A stretch of DNA of 63,728 bases, counting the filler, from Pseudomonadota bacterium (lineage in GTDB: Bacteria > Pseudomonadota > Alphaproteobacteria > Paracaedibacterales > CAIOTO01), in NCBI GenBank assembly GCA_040387495.1. It is 5 parts of 4 records of this genome, joined end to end, with 100 filler letters (N's around TTAATTAATTAA, not from the genome) between each part and the next. Parts side by side here need not be neighbours in the genome. Positions count along the whole stretch, not along the records: positions 17,130 to 44,049 come from JAZKDQ010000012.1; positions 44,150 to 53,900 come from JAZKDQ010000014.1; 3 more parts are not named here. One strand, given 5' to 3'. The first letter of the stretch is position 1. Each line of letters begins with the position of its first letter. A model generated the notes under the pieces. That model worked only from the letters and a program-made list of their open reading frames with translations, was not told where the DNA came from and searched no databases. The position numbers and the translations under genes are program-made. This document shows, piece after piece, positions 42,363-51,878 of this stretch.

Positions 42363-43925
42363 TTAACGTGGTGTAATCTGATAACGCAAATCGTAATCGA
42401 TAGCCATCGCTTCCGGACTCAACTGTATTTTTTGATGCGTAAAGGTATCAGCATTTTCTGGAATCATTGGGCAAAAGACAAAAGGTCGCTCAACAAAGTC
42501 TACGCCAGCGCGCGATGCTTGCATGATTGCGATCGCCATAAGCCCACTGCCGTATTTTAATGCGGATGCATCTACATTAGCTGGCACACCCTTGAGATAA
42601 GATGGTCTCGTTGCTGCCGCTACATTACGAGCAATCAGCGATAACCCAGTCGTGATAATAGGGTGCCCTGGAATAGCGGCCACAACATTATCAGTTGTAA
42701 AATAATGTGACACGATATCTTGACCTGTGTAAAACTCAGCAGTCATGTGACTTGGTGCTAAGTCCTGGAGCACCTCAACAGTAGCGCCTCGATAAACGCC
42801 GCCATCTCGATTTAACGTCAGAAAGCGTAGCAGTAATGATAAGTCATTCGTGTTATGCGCATCAATAAGTTGCTTAAGCTCACTTTGCAAAGAAGATCGT
42901 AATAGGGCTGGAAAAGAGGGTGTTAATTCTTGAACTTCGTTAATAGTAACAGACCACGTTGAATTAACTCCAAGGGCATGCAACTGTTCATTCACGCTGT
43001 CAGCACTTGATTTTTCTACAACCCATACAATATGATTCCAACCATCATCGGGACGACAGCTTTCCATACTGGTCTTAAGGCGCTTGCAATAGGTTTCTAG
43101 GTCGCTACCATCGGGTAAAAAACTATGCATATTAAGCGGATTGCGCGGTGCAGTTGTTGGAGGTTGCGTGTTCGTTCTTTGTGCGTATTCTGCGAAAAGA
43201 GTGTTCAACTTGCTGGTAAATGCTGCAGGGTCAAAGCCTTCTGCGGTAGCCACAACGGATTTAAAATAAGTTAATGTCGAATCAGTGGTTACATCTATAC
43301 CGGAAAAATCAAATGTATCTGGTAGCGATCGAGTAAGCGGTGTGAACGCTTCTGTTACCGTCAACACAAAATCATTTCCCATAACCGTACGATTAAGGAA
43401 TACACCAGGTGTATTGAGTTTGATACGTGATAAATAACCCAATATTTTAAGATCTTTTTTCACATACGGAACTATTTTGACATTACCTTGCGTGGTGGGG
43501 CCTTGGTTAGCAGGCAGGTCATAATCTCGAATCATCCACACAGCGGAGTCTTCTGTAGGACTAGCACCGACTGTTGTGATAACGTTTTGCCCTTTTTTAC
43601 TATACTGCGGAAAACCATTGTCATCAAAAGAAGTGACTTTAATCTGTTCAAATGTATCCTCGATGATCATCATAAAACGCGAACCAGGTTCCCCCGGCTC
43701 TGGGTCATAACAACAACAGGTGATTGAAACTGATACAGGAATTTGCGTTAGGTTCTGAATGATGGTAGGCGTCACTTTTTTTCGCATCGGTAACATACGA
43801 TTTATTTCGCGTATGTTGCGCGCAACGGGCCGTGCGGTTTCCAAAGTTGTGTCAACTGCATGAGATGGATTTTGCGTAGCAACACCCAACATCAAAACAG
43901 TTAAAAACATTTTTATCTTGGGCAT
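42363..43925 (-). CDS. Signal-peptide protein with a degenerate GT32/GT44-like domain
   Basis: LLRFLTLNRDGGVYRGA, NVVAAIPGHPII; DxD absent. Confidence 0.65.
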   Translation of the reverse strand: MPKIKMFLTVLMLGVATQNPSHAVDTTLETARPVARNIREINRMLPMRKKVTPTIIQNLTQIPVSVSITCCCYDPEPGEPGSRFMMIIEDTFEQIKVTSFDDNGFPQYSKKGQNVITTVGASPTEDSAVWMIRDYDLPANQGPTTQGNVKIVPYVKKDLKILGYLSRIKLNTPGVFLNRTVMGNDFVLTVTEAFTPLTRSLPDTFDFSGIDVTTDSTLTYFKSVVATAEGFDPAAFTSKLNTLFAEYAQRTNTQPPTTAPRNPLNMHSFLPDGSDLETYCKRLKTSMESCRPDDGWNHIVWVVEKSSADSVNEQLHALGVNSTWSVTINEVQELTPSFPALLRSSLQSELKQLIDAHNTNDLSLLLRFLTLNRDGGVYRGATVEVLQDLAPSHMTAEFYTGQDIVSHYFTTDNVVAAIPGHPIITTGLSLIARNVAAATRPSYLKGVPANVDASALKYGSGLMAIAIMQASRAGVDFVERPFVFCPMIPENADTFTHQKIQLSPEAMAIDYDLRYQITPR

Positions 43926-44049
43926 ATGTATGATTCCTATTCCGTTATTATGACCATTCTCTTCTTAAAACCGATACTCAACCTTAGCCATACTAGTGTG
44001 ATTTCTCACATTCTTATACAAAGCACCCGAATACGACAGAATGAATTTC

Positions 44050-44149
44050 NNNNNNNNNNNNNNNNNNNNNNNNNNNNNNNNNNNNNNNNNNNNTTAATTA
44101 ATTAANNNNNNNNNNNNNNNNNNNNNNNNNNNNNNNNNNNNNNNNNNNN
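44050..44149. other. Artificial contig linker
   Basis: N runs around TTAATTAATTAA. Confidence 0.99.
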
Positions 44150-44197
44150 TCCAAAAAACCTTCTATCTCGTTTGATTTTTTAATCCCGAATTGAGGT
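44150..44197 (+). mobile_element. Right end of an IS982-family-like element
   Basis: Reads SKKPSISFDFLIPN* into IR TTTTAATCCCGAATTGAGGT, a perfect 20-bp inverse of 63677-63696; followed by TGAAA. Confidence 0.8.
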
Positions 44198-44640
44198 TGA
44201 AAGGATATTTATCTGGTACACCGCTCAAATCTCTGGCGCGCGAAATGAATAGAACACCCACAGCGTTAAATAAGGCGCTCACCCGGTTTGGCATCCGACG
44301 TGAACGGCCTCGACAAGAAAAATCACTGTGGAATGATTTTAGTAATGCTAAACCCGAACAAACACTTAGCCCAATGACGGCCATTCGGAAATTCGATCGG
44401 AAATTTCGTAAACAACAAAAAACACTGATCAATGAATGGGTTCCAATGGATCAAGTTTTAAGCGTTCTTGACGCAAAAGGACATCACGTCTATATGCTTG
44501 AGGCCAACAAAGATCCGCGTCGCAGCATCTATTCTCTAGATGATCGTAAGCTAAGCGCATTGCAACTTGTCTTTATGGCAAACCGTTATCGTATTGAACA
44601 AAACAAAGCTCCGTTTTATGTGGCGGAGGTCACATGCTAA
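44198..44640 (+). pseudogene. 3' part of an IS-disrupted HTH-containing gene (5' part at 63635-63676)
   Basis: GYLSGTPLKSLAREMNRTPTALNKAL HTH-like; the ORF-track start at 44191 lies inside the IS inverted repeat. Confidence 0.75.
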
Positions 44641-45182
44641 AAATGTCGCTACAACGTACGAACCAATGTGTCATCCGTAGGGGTGGCACAGGTATAACAG
44701 ATAAAAAAACAGGTGCGAATGGCAAGCGCGTAAAAATCATCGATACAGCCGCCATTGATTTCTTTCAGCAATTGTTCTTAAAAGAACAAATCACCCCTGA
44801 GCACTGGCGATTGATCACTGATATCCGCTGCTTGGCGTTTCGTGCACGCCGCAGGCAAGGTATTCGTGTGCGTTTGCAAAGTCATAGTCAATATTGGGGG
44901 ATGCCACTTGTGTGCTCTGATGATGGGTATGTGAATGCCCGTGCTGAGCGCAGATGGAAGCTGTTTATGTTTTATCTAAAGCCATTCATTGATCATCAGT
45001 GGCTGGATAAGCAGATGCTAGAACTTTTGCTATTTGGTGGGCATATGCTATTTGCAGATGATGTGTTACATAGTAAGCGGAAAGAATCAGATATTGATCG
45101 GCTGGGATTGACCCTGGAAATGATTCATAATTCGTTGCTTATTATTGAATATGTGTATGTGAAGGCGCATCGAAGACAGTAA
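44634..45182 (+). CDS. Hypothetical protein, weakly DUF6456/antiterminator-like
   Basis: GGAGG RBS, overlaps upstream gene; FFQQLFLKEQITPEHW..IRCL motif; family call tentative. Confidence 0.55.
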   Translation: MLKMSLQRTNQCVIRRGGTGITDKKTGANGKRVKIIDTAAIDFFQQLFLKEQITPEHWRLITDIRCLAFRARRRQGIRVRLQSHSQYWGMPLVCSDDGYVNARAERRWKLFMFYLKPFIDHQWLDKQMLELLLFGGHMLFADDVLHSKRKESDIDRLGLTLEMIHNSLLIIEYVYVKAHRRQ

Positions 45183-45195
45183 GGCAACCTAGGCT

Positions 45196-45219
45196 CCGGG
45201 CATGCTCGGGAAATACACA
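45196..45219. repeat. REP/RPE-like palindrome
   Basis: Reverse complement TGTGTATTTCCCGAGCATGCCCGG resembles 51807-51830. Confidence 0.45.
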
Positions 45220-45245
45220 GTGGGACGAGATGACACCATATATAT

Positions 45246-45271
45246 AAAAAGAGGCAAAAAAGCCTCTTTTT
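45246..45271. terminator. Bidirectional intrinsic terminator
   Basis: AAAAAGAGGC-AAAAAA-GCCTCTTTTT between convergent genes. Confidence 0.85.
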
Positions 45272-45295
45272 ACGTTTTATAATTATCGTTGCGTG

Positions 45296-46567
45296 CTACA
45301 TCTTCCGTATGATCAGCGACGCATTTGTCCCGCCAAATCCAAACGAATTTGTCATAATCGTATCGATTTTCTTTTCTTGTGCAACTTTGGCAACAAAGTT
45401 CAAATCACAGCCTACGGATGGATTCTCTAAGTTCAACGTTGGCGGCAAAATACTATCACGCATAGCAAGTATTGAAAAGATCGCTTCCACACTGCCTGCA
45501 GCACCTAATAGATGCCCAATGGCAGACTTTGTCGACGACATAGCCAATTTGTATGCATGGTCGCCATACAAGCGCTTTACGGCCTTAACTTCGATCGCAT
45601 CACCTAAAGGCGTCGATGTTCCGTGGGCATTAATATAACCAATTGATTCAGCTGAAACACCTGAATTCTTCAACGCAGCACGCATAGCACGGAATGCACC
45701 ATCGCCGTCTTCTGCGGGTGACGTCACATGATGCGCATCACCTGACATACCATAGCCAATCACTTCAGCGTAAATCTTTGCACCACGTTTTTTAGCGTGC
45801 TCGTATTCTTCTAGTACAAGAATACCGGACCCTTCGCCCATAACAAACCCATCACGGCCTTCATCCCATGGACGAGAAGCAAGCTCAGGTGTGTCGTTAT
45901 ATGCAGTAGAGAGTGCACGTGCAGATGCAAACCCTGACATACCTACGCGACATAATGCCGCCTCTGTACCACCAGCAATCATAACTTCTGCATCGCCAAA
46001 CATAATCATACGGGCAGCATCACCGATTGCATGCGCGCCTGATGCACACGCCGTTACTGGTGCATGATTAGGACCTTTAAACCCGTGAATAATAGAAACA
46101 TGACCTGCAGCCAAATTGATGAGGGAAGCAGGAATAAAATAAGGGCTAACGCGGCGTGGGCCTTTTTCCTGCAATGTTAGTGTTGTTTCTGAAATTTGTG
46201 GGAGTCCGCCAATACCAGAACCAATGATAACCCCAGTACGTTCACAGTCTTCAGAATTCGTTGGCATCCATCCAGAATCTTCAACGGCTTCTTTTGCAGC
46301 CGCAATCGCGAACATAATAAAACGATCCATTTTGCGCTGATCTTTTGGCGCAATAACGCCATCAAGCCAGAATCGTCCATCACGTGCGTCTTCGGCTGAT
46401 GATGCTAAAGGCACCATACCACCAATTTTAGCTGCGATATCACTGACATCGAATGCTGTGATTGGCCTGATGCCTGATTCACCGCGTATAATACGGGACC
46501 AGTTTTCATTAACTCCATAGCCAAACGGGCTAATCATTCCAAGACCAGTGACTACTACGCGTCGCAT
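45296..46567 (-). CDS. fabF: Beta-ketoacyl-ACP synthase II
   Basis: MRRVVVTGLG, TACASG, NAHGTST, GHLLGAAG, NSFGFGGTN. Confidence 0.97.
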   Translation of the reverse strand: MRRVVVTGLGMISPFGYGVNENWSRIIRGESGIRPITAFDVSDIAAKIGGMVPLASSAEDARDGRFWLDGVIAPKDQRKMDRFIMFAIAAAKEAVEDSGWMPTNSEDCERTGVIIGSGIGGLPQISETTLTLQEKGPRRVSPYFIPASLINLAAGHVSIIHGFKGPNHAPVTACASGAHAIGDAARMIMFGDAEVMIAGGTEAALCRVGMSGFASARALSTAYNDTPELASRPWDEGRDGFVMGEGSGILVLEEYEHAKKRGAKIYAEVIGYGMSGDAHHVTSPAEDGDGAFRAMRAALKNSGVSAESIGYINAHGTSTPLGDAIEVKAVKRLYGDHAYKLAMSSTKSAIGHLLGAAGSVEAIFSILAMRDSILPPTLNLENPSVGCDLNFVAKVAQEKKIDTIMTNSFGFGGTNASLIIRKM

Positions 46568-46665
46568 GCGAACTCCTTCAAAATTATATCCATACAAAAC
46601 CTTGGTATTTTCCAAGATTATTATATTTCATACACAATAACATCATTAAAAAATAAAAATGAGAG

Positions 46666-46911
46666 TTAAGCAGCTTTGCTTGCATTTGCTTCAATGTAAT
46701 CAATTGCAGACTGAATTGTTGTGATCTTCTCAGCAGCATCTTGTGGGATTTCAATGTTGAATTCTTCTTCGAACTTCATAACCATTTCAACTTGGTCAAG
46801 ACTGTCTGAACCGAGGTCATCAACGAAGCTTGCAGCGGATACAACTTTTGATTCATCAACGCCGAGGTGTTCAATAACGATTTTTTTTACGCGAGTGGTA
46901 ACATCTGTCAT
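46666..46911 (-). CDS. acpP: Acyl carrier protein
   Basis: [21 protein letters not shown]. Confidence 0.97.
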   Translation of the reverse strand: MTDVTTRVKKIVIEHLGVDESKVVSAASFVDDLGSDSLDQVEMVMKFEEEFNIEIPQDAAEKITTIQSAIDYIEANASKAA

Positions 46912-47227
46912 AGTTTAGTCCTTAATAATAGATTTATGAAACTTTCCAATAAATAGCAGATTTTGTCAAAAAAACAAGAACTGAGTGATAAAAAAAATGA
47001 ATATATTTAGTCGCAGGTGTTTAAACATGAGGAAAACTCATCTTTTCTGATGTATTTTTTTTAGGTATTTTTTTTTCTAGGGAAAGAAGCATTTAAGTAA
47101 TTAGACAAAGTTGCGGTTACATTCTTATAAATGATGAAACATTTCATTTAAGCATATAAAATATAGCTTGAACCTTTTTTATAAATTTCATATAAATAAT
47201 AAATTATGTACATTAAAAATGAAAAAC

Positions 47228-48082
47228 ATGAATCAAATTAAAAAAGTATTACGTGTAATAACATGTGCTTTCGTGATGCAAACAATTACTTTTCAAAGTT
47301 ATGCGATGATAAATAATGGTGATGTTGAGGGGAATCAAGGTTCTTCATTGTTCCCATCCACAGTCATACAAATAACCTCGTTTGCTAATAAGAATCTTCA
47401 TCGTCTGTGTTGTAACTTGAATCCGATACCACAATGGCTTTTTGAGGAAAAAATATTTGATTTTTATGAGTTAAAATCAGTTGACGAGGCAGGCATGGTG
47501 TCTTTTATTGATGATTATGTAAATGTCGTTAATGTTAATCAGCCGAGTGGGTTTAATATAGCGCTTTTGCATGCTGCTTGTGCAAAGGGGCACATAGATG
47601 TCGTAACGCGCCTACTAGATTTAGGTGCTGCTGTAAATGAGTTAAAACTTGATGAAAACAGAAATAAGTTAACCAGCGGCAGGGTGTATGAATCCGATAT
47701 GATAAGCTTTGACAAAAGCAGCACACCATTAATTCTTGCTGCAAAAAAAGGGCACGCAAATGTTGTAAGCACTCTTTTAAGGCATGGGGCAAAGATAGAA
47801 GAAACAGATGGATGCGGCAGAACAGCACTGCTTGCTGCAAGTTCTTTTGGAGATATTGGAACGGTTTCAACTCTTTTAAATGCTGAGGCAAACATACATG
47901 CTACATGTGATAAGTTTACAGCGTTAGATTTTGCGACGTCTTTTCGGAAATTTGACATAGCAATTTTACTTGCCGCAAGTGGAGTTACTACAAAATCTGC
48001 TATAGCGAAAGAAGAAAAAAATGTTAAGTCTGCTATAGAGAAGGAACAAAGCTTTCCTTATTTCAAAATTTTATTTAGTTGA
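47228..48082 (+). CDS. Ankyrin-repeat protein with signal peptide
   Basis: LLHAACAKGH, TPLILAAKKGH, GRTALLAASSFG, TALDFA. Confidence 0.88.
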   Translation: MNQIKKVLRVITCAFVMQTITFQSYAMINNGDVEGNQGSSLFPSTVIQITSFANKNLHRLCCNLNPIPQWLFEEKIFDFYELKSVDEAGMVSFIDDYVNVVNVNQPSGFNIALLHAACAKGHIDVVTRLLDLGAAVNELKLDENRNKLTSGRVYESDMISFDKSSTPLILAAKKGHANVVSTLLRHGAKIEETDGCGRTALLAASSFGDIGTVSTLLNAEANIHATCDKFTALDFATSFRKFDIAILLAASGVTTKSAIAKEEKNVKSAIEKEQSFPYFKILFS

Positions 48083-48112
48083 TTTCTGTTTGCCAGAAGT
48101 TTAAATGCATTC

Positions 48113-48691
48113 TTACTGTGTTTTATTCTGAGAGTAATCAACCTGGCTTACCATCTGTCCTTGACTTGTGCCATCTTGTCCGTACACAAATATGGTATTT
48201 TCTTTAGTTAAGATCGACAGTTCGACAACAACTTGATCAAGCTGTTGATTGAATTTCTGCACACGGCATGTTGTATAAACGAGTGTTTGCAATGTGACTG
48301 TTTGCATTTCAATGGTACCAAGACGTGCAATGGTGAGTCGTTGAATCATTGTGCCGGTATTCATGAGTGATTCGAGTGTAGTGGCATAACCACCATTTGG
48401 AATAATGACAATTAAATCAGTATGCCTAAGGGTTGCTGATGTGAAAAGTGAGTTTGCGACATCTCCCGATGTAAAACGACTTGATTCACCGTACCAACCA
48501 TAGAGTTCACAGAAATCTGTATAGCCATTCACACTGGATGACAAGAACGTATCCATTTTAATCATCCATTCAGGCGATTGTACGCTTGATGAGTTAGATG
48601 GATCATCACTTGTTGCAGAAGATCTATCACCCACAATAGGGATGCGTATATTCGATCGTCCAGGTAATTGAATTAGCGAAAAGCGAGCCAT
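48113..48691 (-). CDS. Divergent Hcp/TssD-like tube protein
   Basis: Hcp-like spacing: SSVNGY..FCELYGW, HTDL, L..LMNTG..I, DG..QG..VDY..NK. Confidence 0.65.
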   Translation of the reverse strand: MARFSLIQLPGRSNIRIPIVGDRSSATSDDPSNSSSVQSPEWMIKMDTFLSSSVNGYTDFCELYGWYGESSRFTSGDVANSLFTSATLRHTDLIVIIPNGGYATTLESLMNTGTMIQRLTIARLGTIEMQTVTLQTLVYTTCRVQKFNQQLDQVVVELSILTKENTIFVYGQDGTSQGQMVSQVDYSQNKTQ

Positions 48692-48980
48692 AAGAGTAAC
48701 CGATTAACGTATATTAATCTTATGATTCCACTCTTTTGAGAAAAAAACAAGATTTTAATAAACTTTTAATTAAAATAATATTTATCTTGAGGTTGCTGGC
48801 AATTAAAGTGTTACTTTAAAAGTCTTATCTTTTTTGATGTTTAAGCATGACATAAAATACAGATAGATTATCGTACTAAAAGCCAGATATGCTGGAATTA
48901 TTGGTGGCATAGAATTATCCTTTGCATTCGCCTTGATATGCGGTATAACAATATAAATTTATTAAAATAGTAGGTAATTT

Positions 48981-49436
48981 ATGATCGGTATTGTGCTTGT
49001 TGCGCATGGTAATCTTGCGCAATCCCTTCTTGATGTGGTTGAATTAATTAGTGGACCACAAAAAGCGTTCCGCGCACTGGCAATAAGTGCAGCCGATAAT
49101 ATTGAAACGAAACGATCTGATTTGATGGACGTGATTGATGCTGTTGATGAAGGTAATGGTGTGATTGTCTTAACAGATCTATTTGGGGGAACACCATCAA
49201 ATTTAGCGATTTCAGTGCTCGGTTTAAAGCACATCGAAGTAATGGCCGGTGTTAATGTGCAAATGATCTTAAAATTGTTGTCCGTTCATGCAAAAGATGA
49301 TTTACAAACATGCGTTACTAAAATCGTTAGCGAAGGTCAAAAGCATATTCGTGTAGCATCCGAATTTCTAAGGGCAAATGAAGCGTTAAATATGTCGTCT
49401 CAACAGGAGACAAAGAATGCGGTGAAAGGCATTTAA
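48981..49436 (+). CDS. PTS mannose/fructose-type EIIA
   Basis: MIGIVLVAHG, LTDLFGGTPSN, AGVN. Confidence 0.92.
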   Translation: MIGIVLVAHGNLAQSLLDVVELISGPQKAFRALAISAADNIETKRSDLMDVIDAVDEGNGVIVLTDLFGGTPSNLAISVLGLKHIEVMAGVNVQMILKLLSVHAKDDLQTCVTKIVSEGQKHIRVASEFLRANEALNMSSQQETKNAVKGI

Positions 49437-49438
49437 CA

Positions 49439-49735
49439 ATGAGTATTTCTTTTTCTGTTATTGTAAAGAATGAAGGCGGCCTACATGCCCGTCCATGTAG
49501 TATTCTGGTGCAATACGCTATTTCAAATGGCCTTGATATGATAGTGAGTTATAACGATAGAGATGTGAGTGCTCATTCATTACTTGATGTGCTAAGTCTA
49601 TGCGTCCCTAAGGGGAGCGAGGTTAATATTCAAATTGCGCAAGATGAGCATGGCGCATGCGGGACGATTCCCATTGAGGAAGCAGAACAGGATATTAAAG
49701 GATTGTTCGCAACCCGTTTTGGGATGAAAAAGTAG
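49439..49735 (+). CDS. ptsH: HPr/NPr phosphocarrier
   Basis: GLHARP (His15); SLLDVLSL (Ser46 region). Confidence 0.88.
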   Translation: MSISFSVIVKNEGGLHARPCSILVQYAISNGLDMIVSYNDRDVSAHSLLDVLSLCVPKGSEVNIQIAQDEHGACGTIPIEEAEQDIKGLFATRFGMKK

Positions 49736-49794
49736 GTTTTATTTACTCTCTAAAGACTAAGAATTAATACGTAGCTTTTCAGTTTATGAAACGC

Positions 49795-49830
49795 CGTCAT
49801 TACGAGGAACGGTAGTGACGCGGCAATCCA
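49795..49830. repeat. Alphaproteobacterial RPE/REP-like element
   Basis: CGTCATTACGAGGAACGGTAGTGACGCGGCAATCCA, with pairing CGTCATTAC/GTAGTGACG. Confidence 0.55.
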
Positions 49831-49859
49831 TGCATTTCTGCTTTAAATTAGAAACATAT

Positions 49860-50624
49860 TCATTCCCGCAACATATCCAGGCCCTGCGCATTTCGCAAAA
49901 TCGCATCGGCATCGCTTGTGAACTTGCCGTCCTCTTGATGCAATGTCATTCCTGGCATAAATTTAAACGCACCGTGGGAATTCTTAACACCGCTTACCAA
50001 CACACGTTTAGCCGCCTTATTTTTACCTGGCCATAATGGATACACAACAATATCGCCCAGTTTCCCTAGAAAATACGATAGTATCTCGGGCAGGCGATCA
50101 GCACGATGAACAAACGTTACAGTGCCTTTTGGCTTTACCATCAGCAAACAAAACTTTGCCCATTGATCAAGATCAGCGCTACCTTCATGATTCGCTGCGG
50201 CTTTAATGGGATTCATTGAAACACGGCCACGTGCGGTTTCTAAATACGGGGGGTTGGCCATCACATGCGTGAATGTACCGGCTGCAAGACGTGGTGGCGG
50301 ATGCAGCAAATCACCGTGCAATACTTCTACTCGGTCACGAAGACGATTTAAATTTACATTATCAACAGCATAACGCACATGTTCACGCAACAACTCAACT
50401 GCAGTAACTTTGATATCAGGACAACGCGTCGCCAAACACAACGATGCCGCACCCACGCCCGCGCCTACATCTAAAACAGTATGTCCTGGAGCTGCATGAA
50501 TAGAGGCTGCTAAAAAGATTGGATCGATGGCAACTCGGTACCCATCACGTGGTTGACGTATTAAAACACGCCCGCCCAGCAGAAAATCTTCGGTATAAAT
50601 GGGCTCAATTGGTGCATCTGACAT
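49860..50624 (-). CDS. tRNA1(Val) adenine-N6 methyltransferase family (TrmN6/YfiC-like)
   Basis: QPRDGYR..D..FLA, LDVGAGVG, NPPY; divergent from ispB. Confidence 0.85.
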   Translation of the reverse strand: MSDAPIEPIYTEDFLLGGRVLIRQPRDGYRVAIDPIFLAASIHAAPGHTVLDVGAGVGAASLCLATRCPDIKVTAVELLREHVRYAVDNVNLNRLRDRVEVLHGDLLHPPPRLAAGTFTHVMANPPYLETARGRVSMNPIKAAANHEGSADLDQWAKFCLLMVKPKGTVTFVHRADRLPEILSYFLGKLGDIVVYPLWPGKNKAAKRVLVSGVKNSHGAFKFMPGMTLHQEDGKFTSDADAILRNAQGLDMLRE

Positions 50625-50712
50625 AAAAATAGCTTTTCCTCATTCCAGATTTCATTTTAATCGGTTAAACTTATCTGTCAAACACTGATTTTTTTGAATT
50701 GAAATTTTACTT

Positions 50713-51735
50713 ATGAAATCTGCCGTAACACCTCTCACAACGCTTCATGACCTTTTATCGAATGATATGCAGGCGCTCAATAAGATTTTATTGACGCATC
50801 TTAAAAGTGATGTGCCGCTTGTGTCGAATGTGGCTGAGCATTTAGTGAAGGCGGGTGGAAAGCGTATCCGGCCAATGTTAACGTTGGCGAGTCAACGTTT
50901 ATTCGGCAAGTTGCATAAGGATAGCCTTTATTTGGGCACGGCAGTTGAACTGATACACAACGCAACGTTGTTGCATGATGATGTTGTAGACGAGTCAGAT
51001 TTGCGGCGCGGCCAAGAAACAGCGAATGTGATTTGGGGCAATACGATGAGTGTGCTTGCGGGAGACTTTTTGTTTGCACGTGCGTTTCAATCGATGGTGT
51101 CAGCCGATACAAAAAATGTAATGAAAGTGCTATCGGATGCATTGGCATTGATTGCCGAGGGCGAAGTTTTGCAGCTAAGTCAAAGCCATCAAATCGATCT
51201 TTCCCATGAGATGTATCTAAAAATCGCAGAGCGTAAAACAGCTGTATTGTTTGAGGCAGCCTGCACGGTTGGCGGCATGGTTGGTGAGGCTAGCGTTGAC
51301 CAGGTTCAATTATTGTCAACTTTTGGTCGTAACCTTGGTCTTGCGTTTCAAATTACGGATGATATTTTTGACTATTTTCCATCAGAACATTATGGCAAAA
51401 AGCCAGGCGAGGATTTCTTTGAGGGTAAAATCACATTACCGATTATCATCGCGCTTAAAACATTGGCAGATTCAAAATGGTTGAAATCATTGTTTGCAGC
51501 AGATGCTGTTCGAACAGAGGAAGACTTTAAGCGCGTTTGTACCTTATTTACGGCCGGCGGGGTTTTTGATGCCTGCATAGATGAGGCATTTTCCTATGCA
51601 AGGCAAGCGCGTGATGCGGTGACGTTGCTGCCACCATCCCCGATACGGGATATGATGGAGCAACTGCCAAATTACGTAGTTGCACGCGCGACTGAATCGT
51701 GCGTAACTGCTGCACCAATTGAGAATGTTGCTTAA
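50713..51735 (+). CDS. ispB: Long-chain polyprenyl diphosphate synthase
   Basis: GGKRIRP, LLHDDVVD..RRG, LAGDFL, AFQITDD, EGKITLP. Confidence 0.93.
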   Translation: MKSAVTPLTTLHDLLSNDMQALNKILLTHLKSDVPLVSNVAEHLVKAGGKRIRPMLTLASQRLFGKLHKDSLYLGTAVELIHNATLLHDDVVDESDLRRGQETANVIWGNTMSVLAGDFLFARAFQSMVSADTKNVMKVLSDALALIAEGEVLQLSQSHQIDLSHEMYLKIAERKTAVLFEAACTVGGMVGEASVDQVQLLSTFGRNLGLAFQITDDIFDYFPSEHYGKKPGEDFFEGKITLPIIIALKTLADSKWLKSLFAADAVRTEEDFKRVCTLFTAGGVFDACIDEAFSYARQARDAVTLLPPSPIRDMMEQLPNYVVARATESCVTAAPIENVA

Positions 51736-51806
51736 ATATAGCTATTCAAGCATAAATTTATCACACATCCCGATTCATCCTTTTTCGTGTATTCCTCTAT
51801 CCCCAA

Positions 51807-51837
51807 TGTGTATTCCCCGGGCTTGGCCCGAGGAATA
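51807..51837. repeat. REP/RPE-like palindrome
   Basis: TATTCCCCGGGC-TTG-GCCCGAGGAATA. Confidence 0.55.
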
Positions 51838-51878
51838 ATGGAAAATAAGGAAGCTAATTTAAGGACGTCGAACTAACT

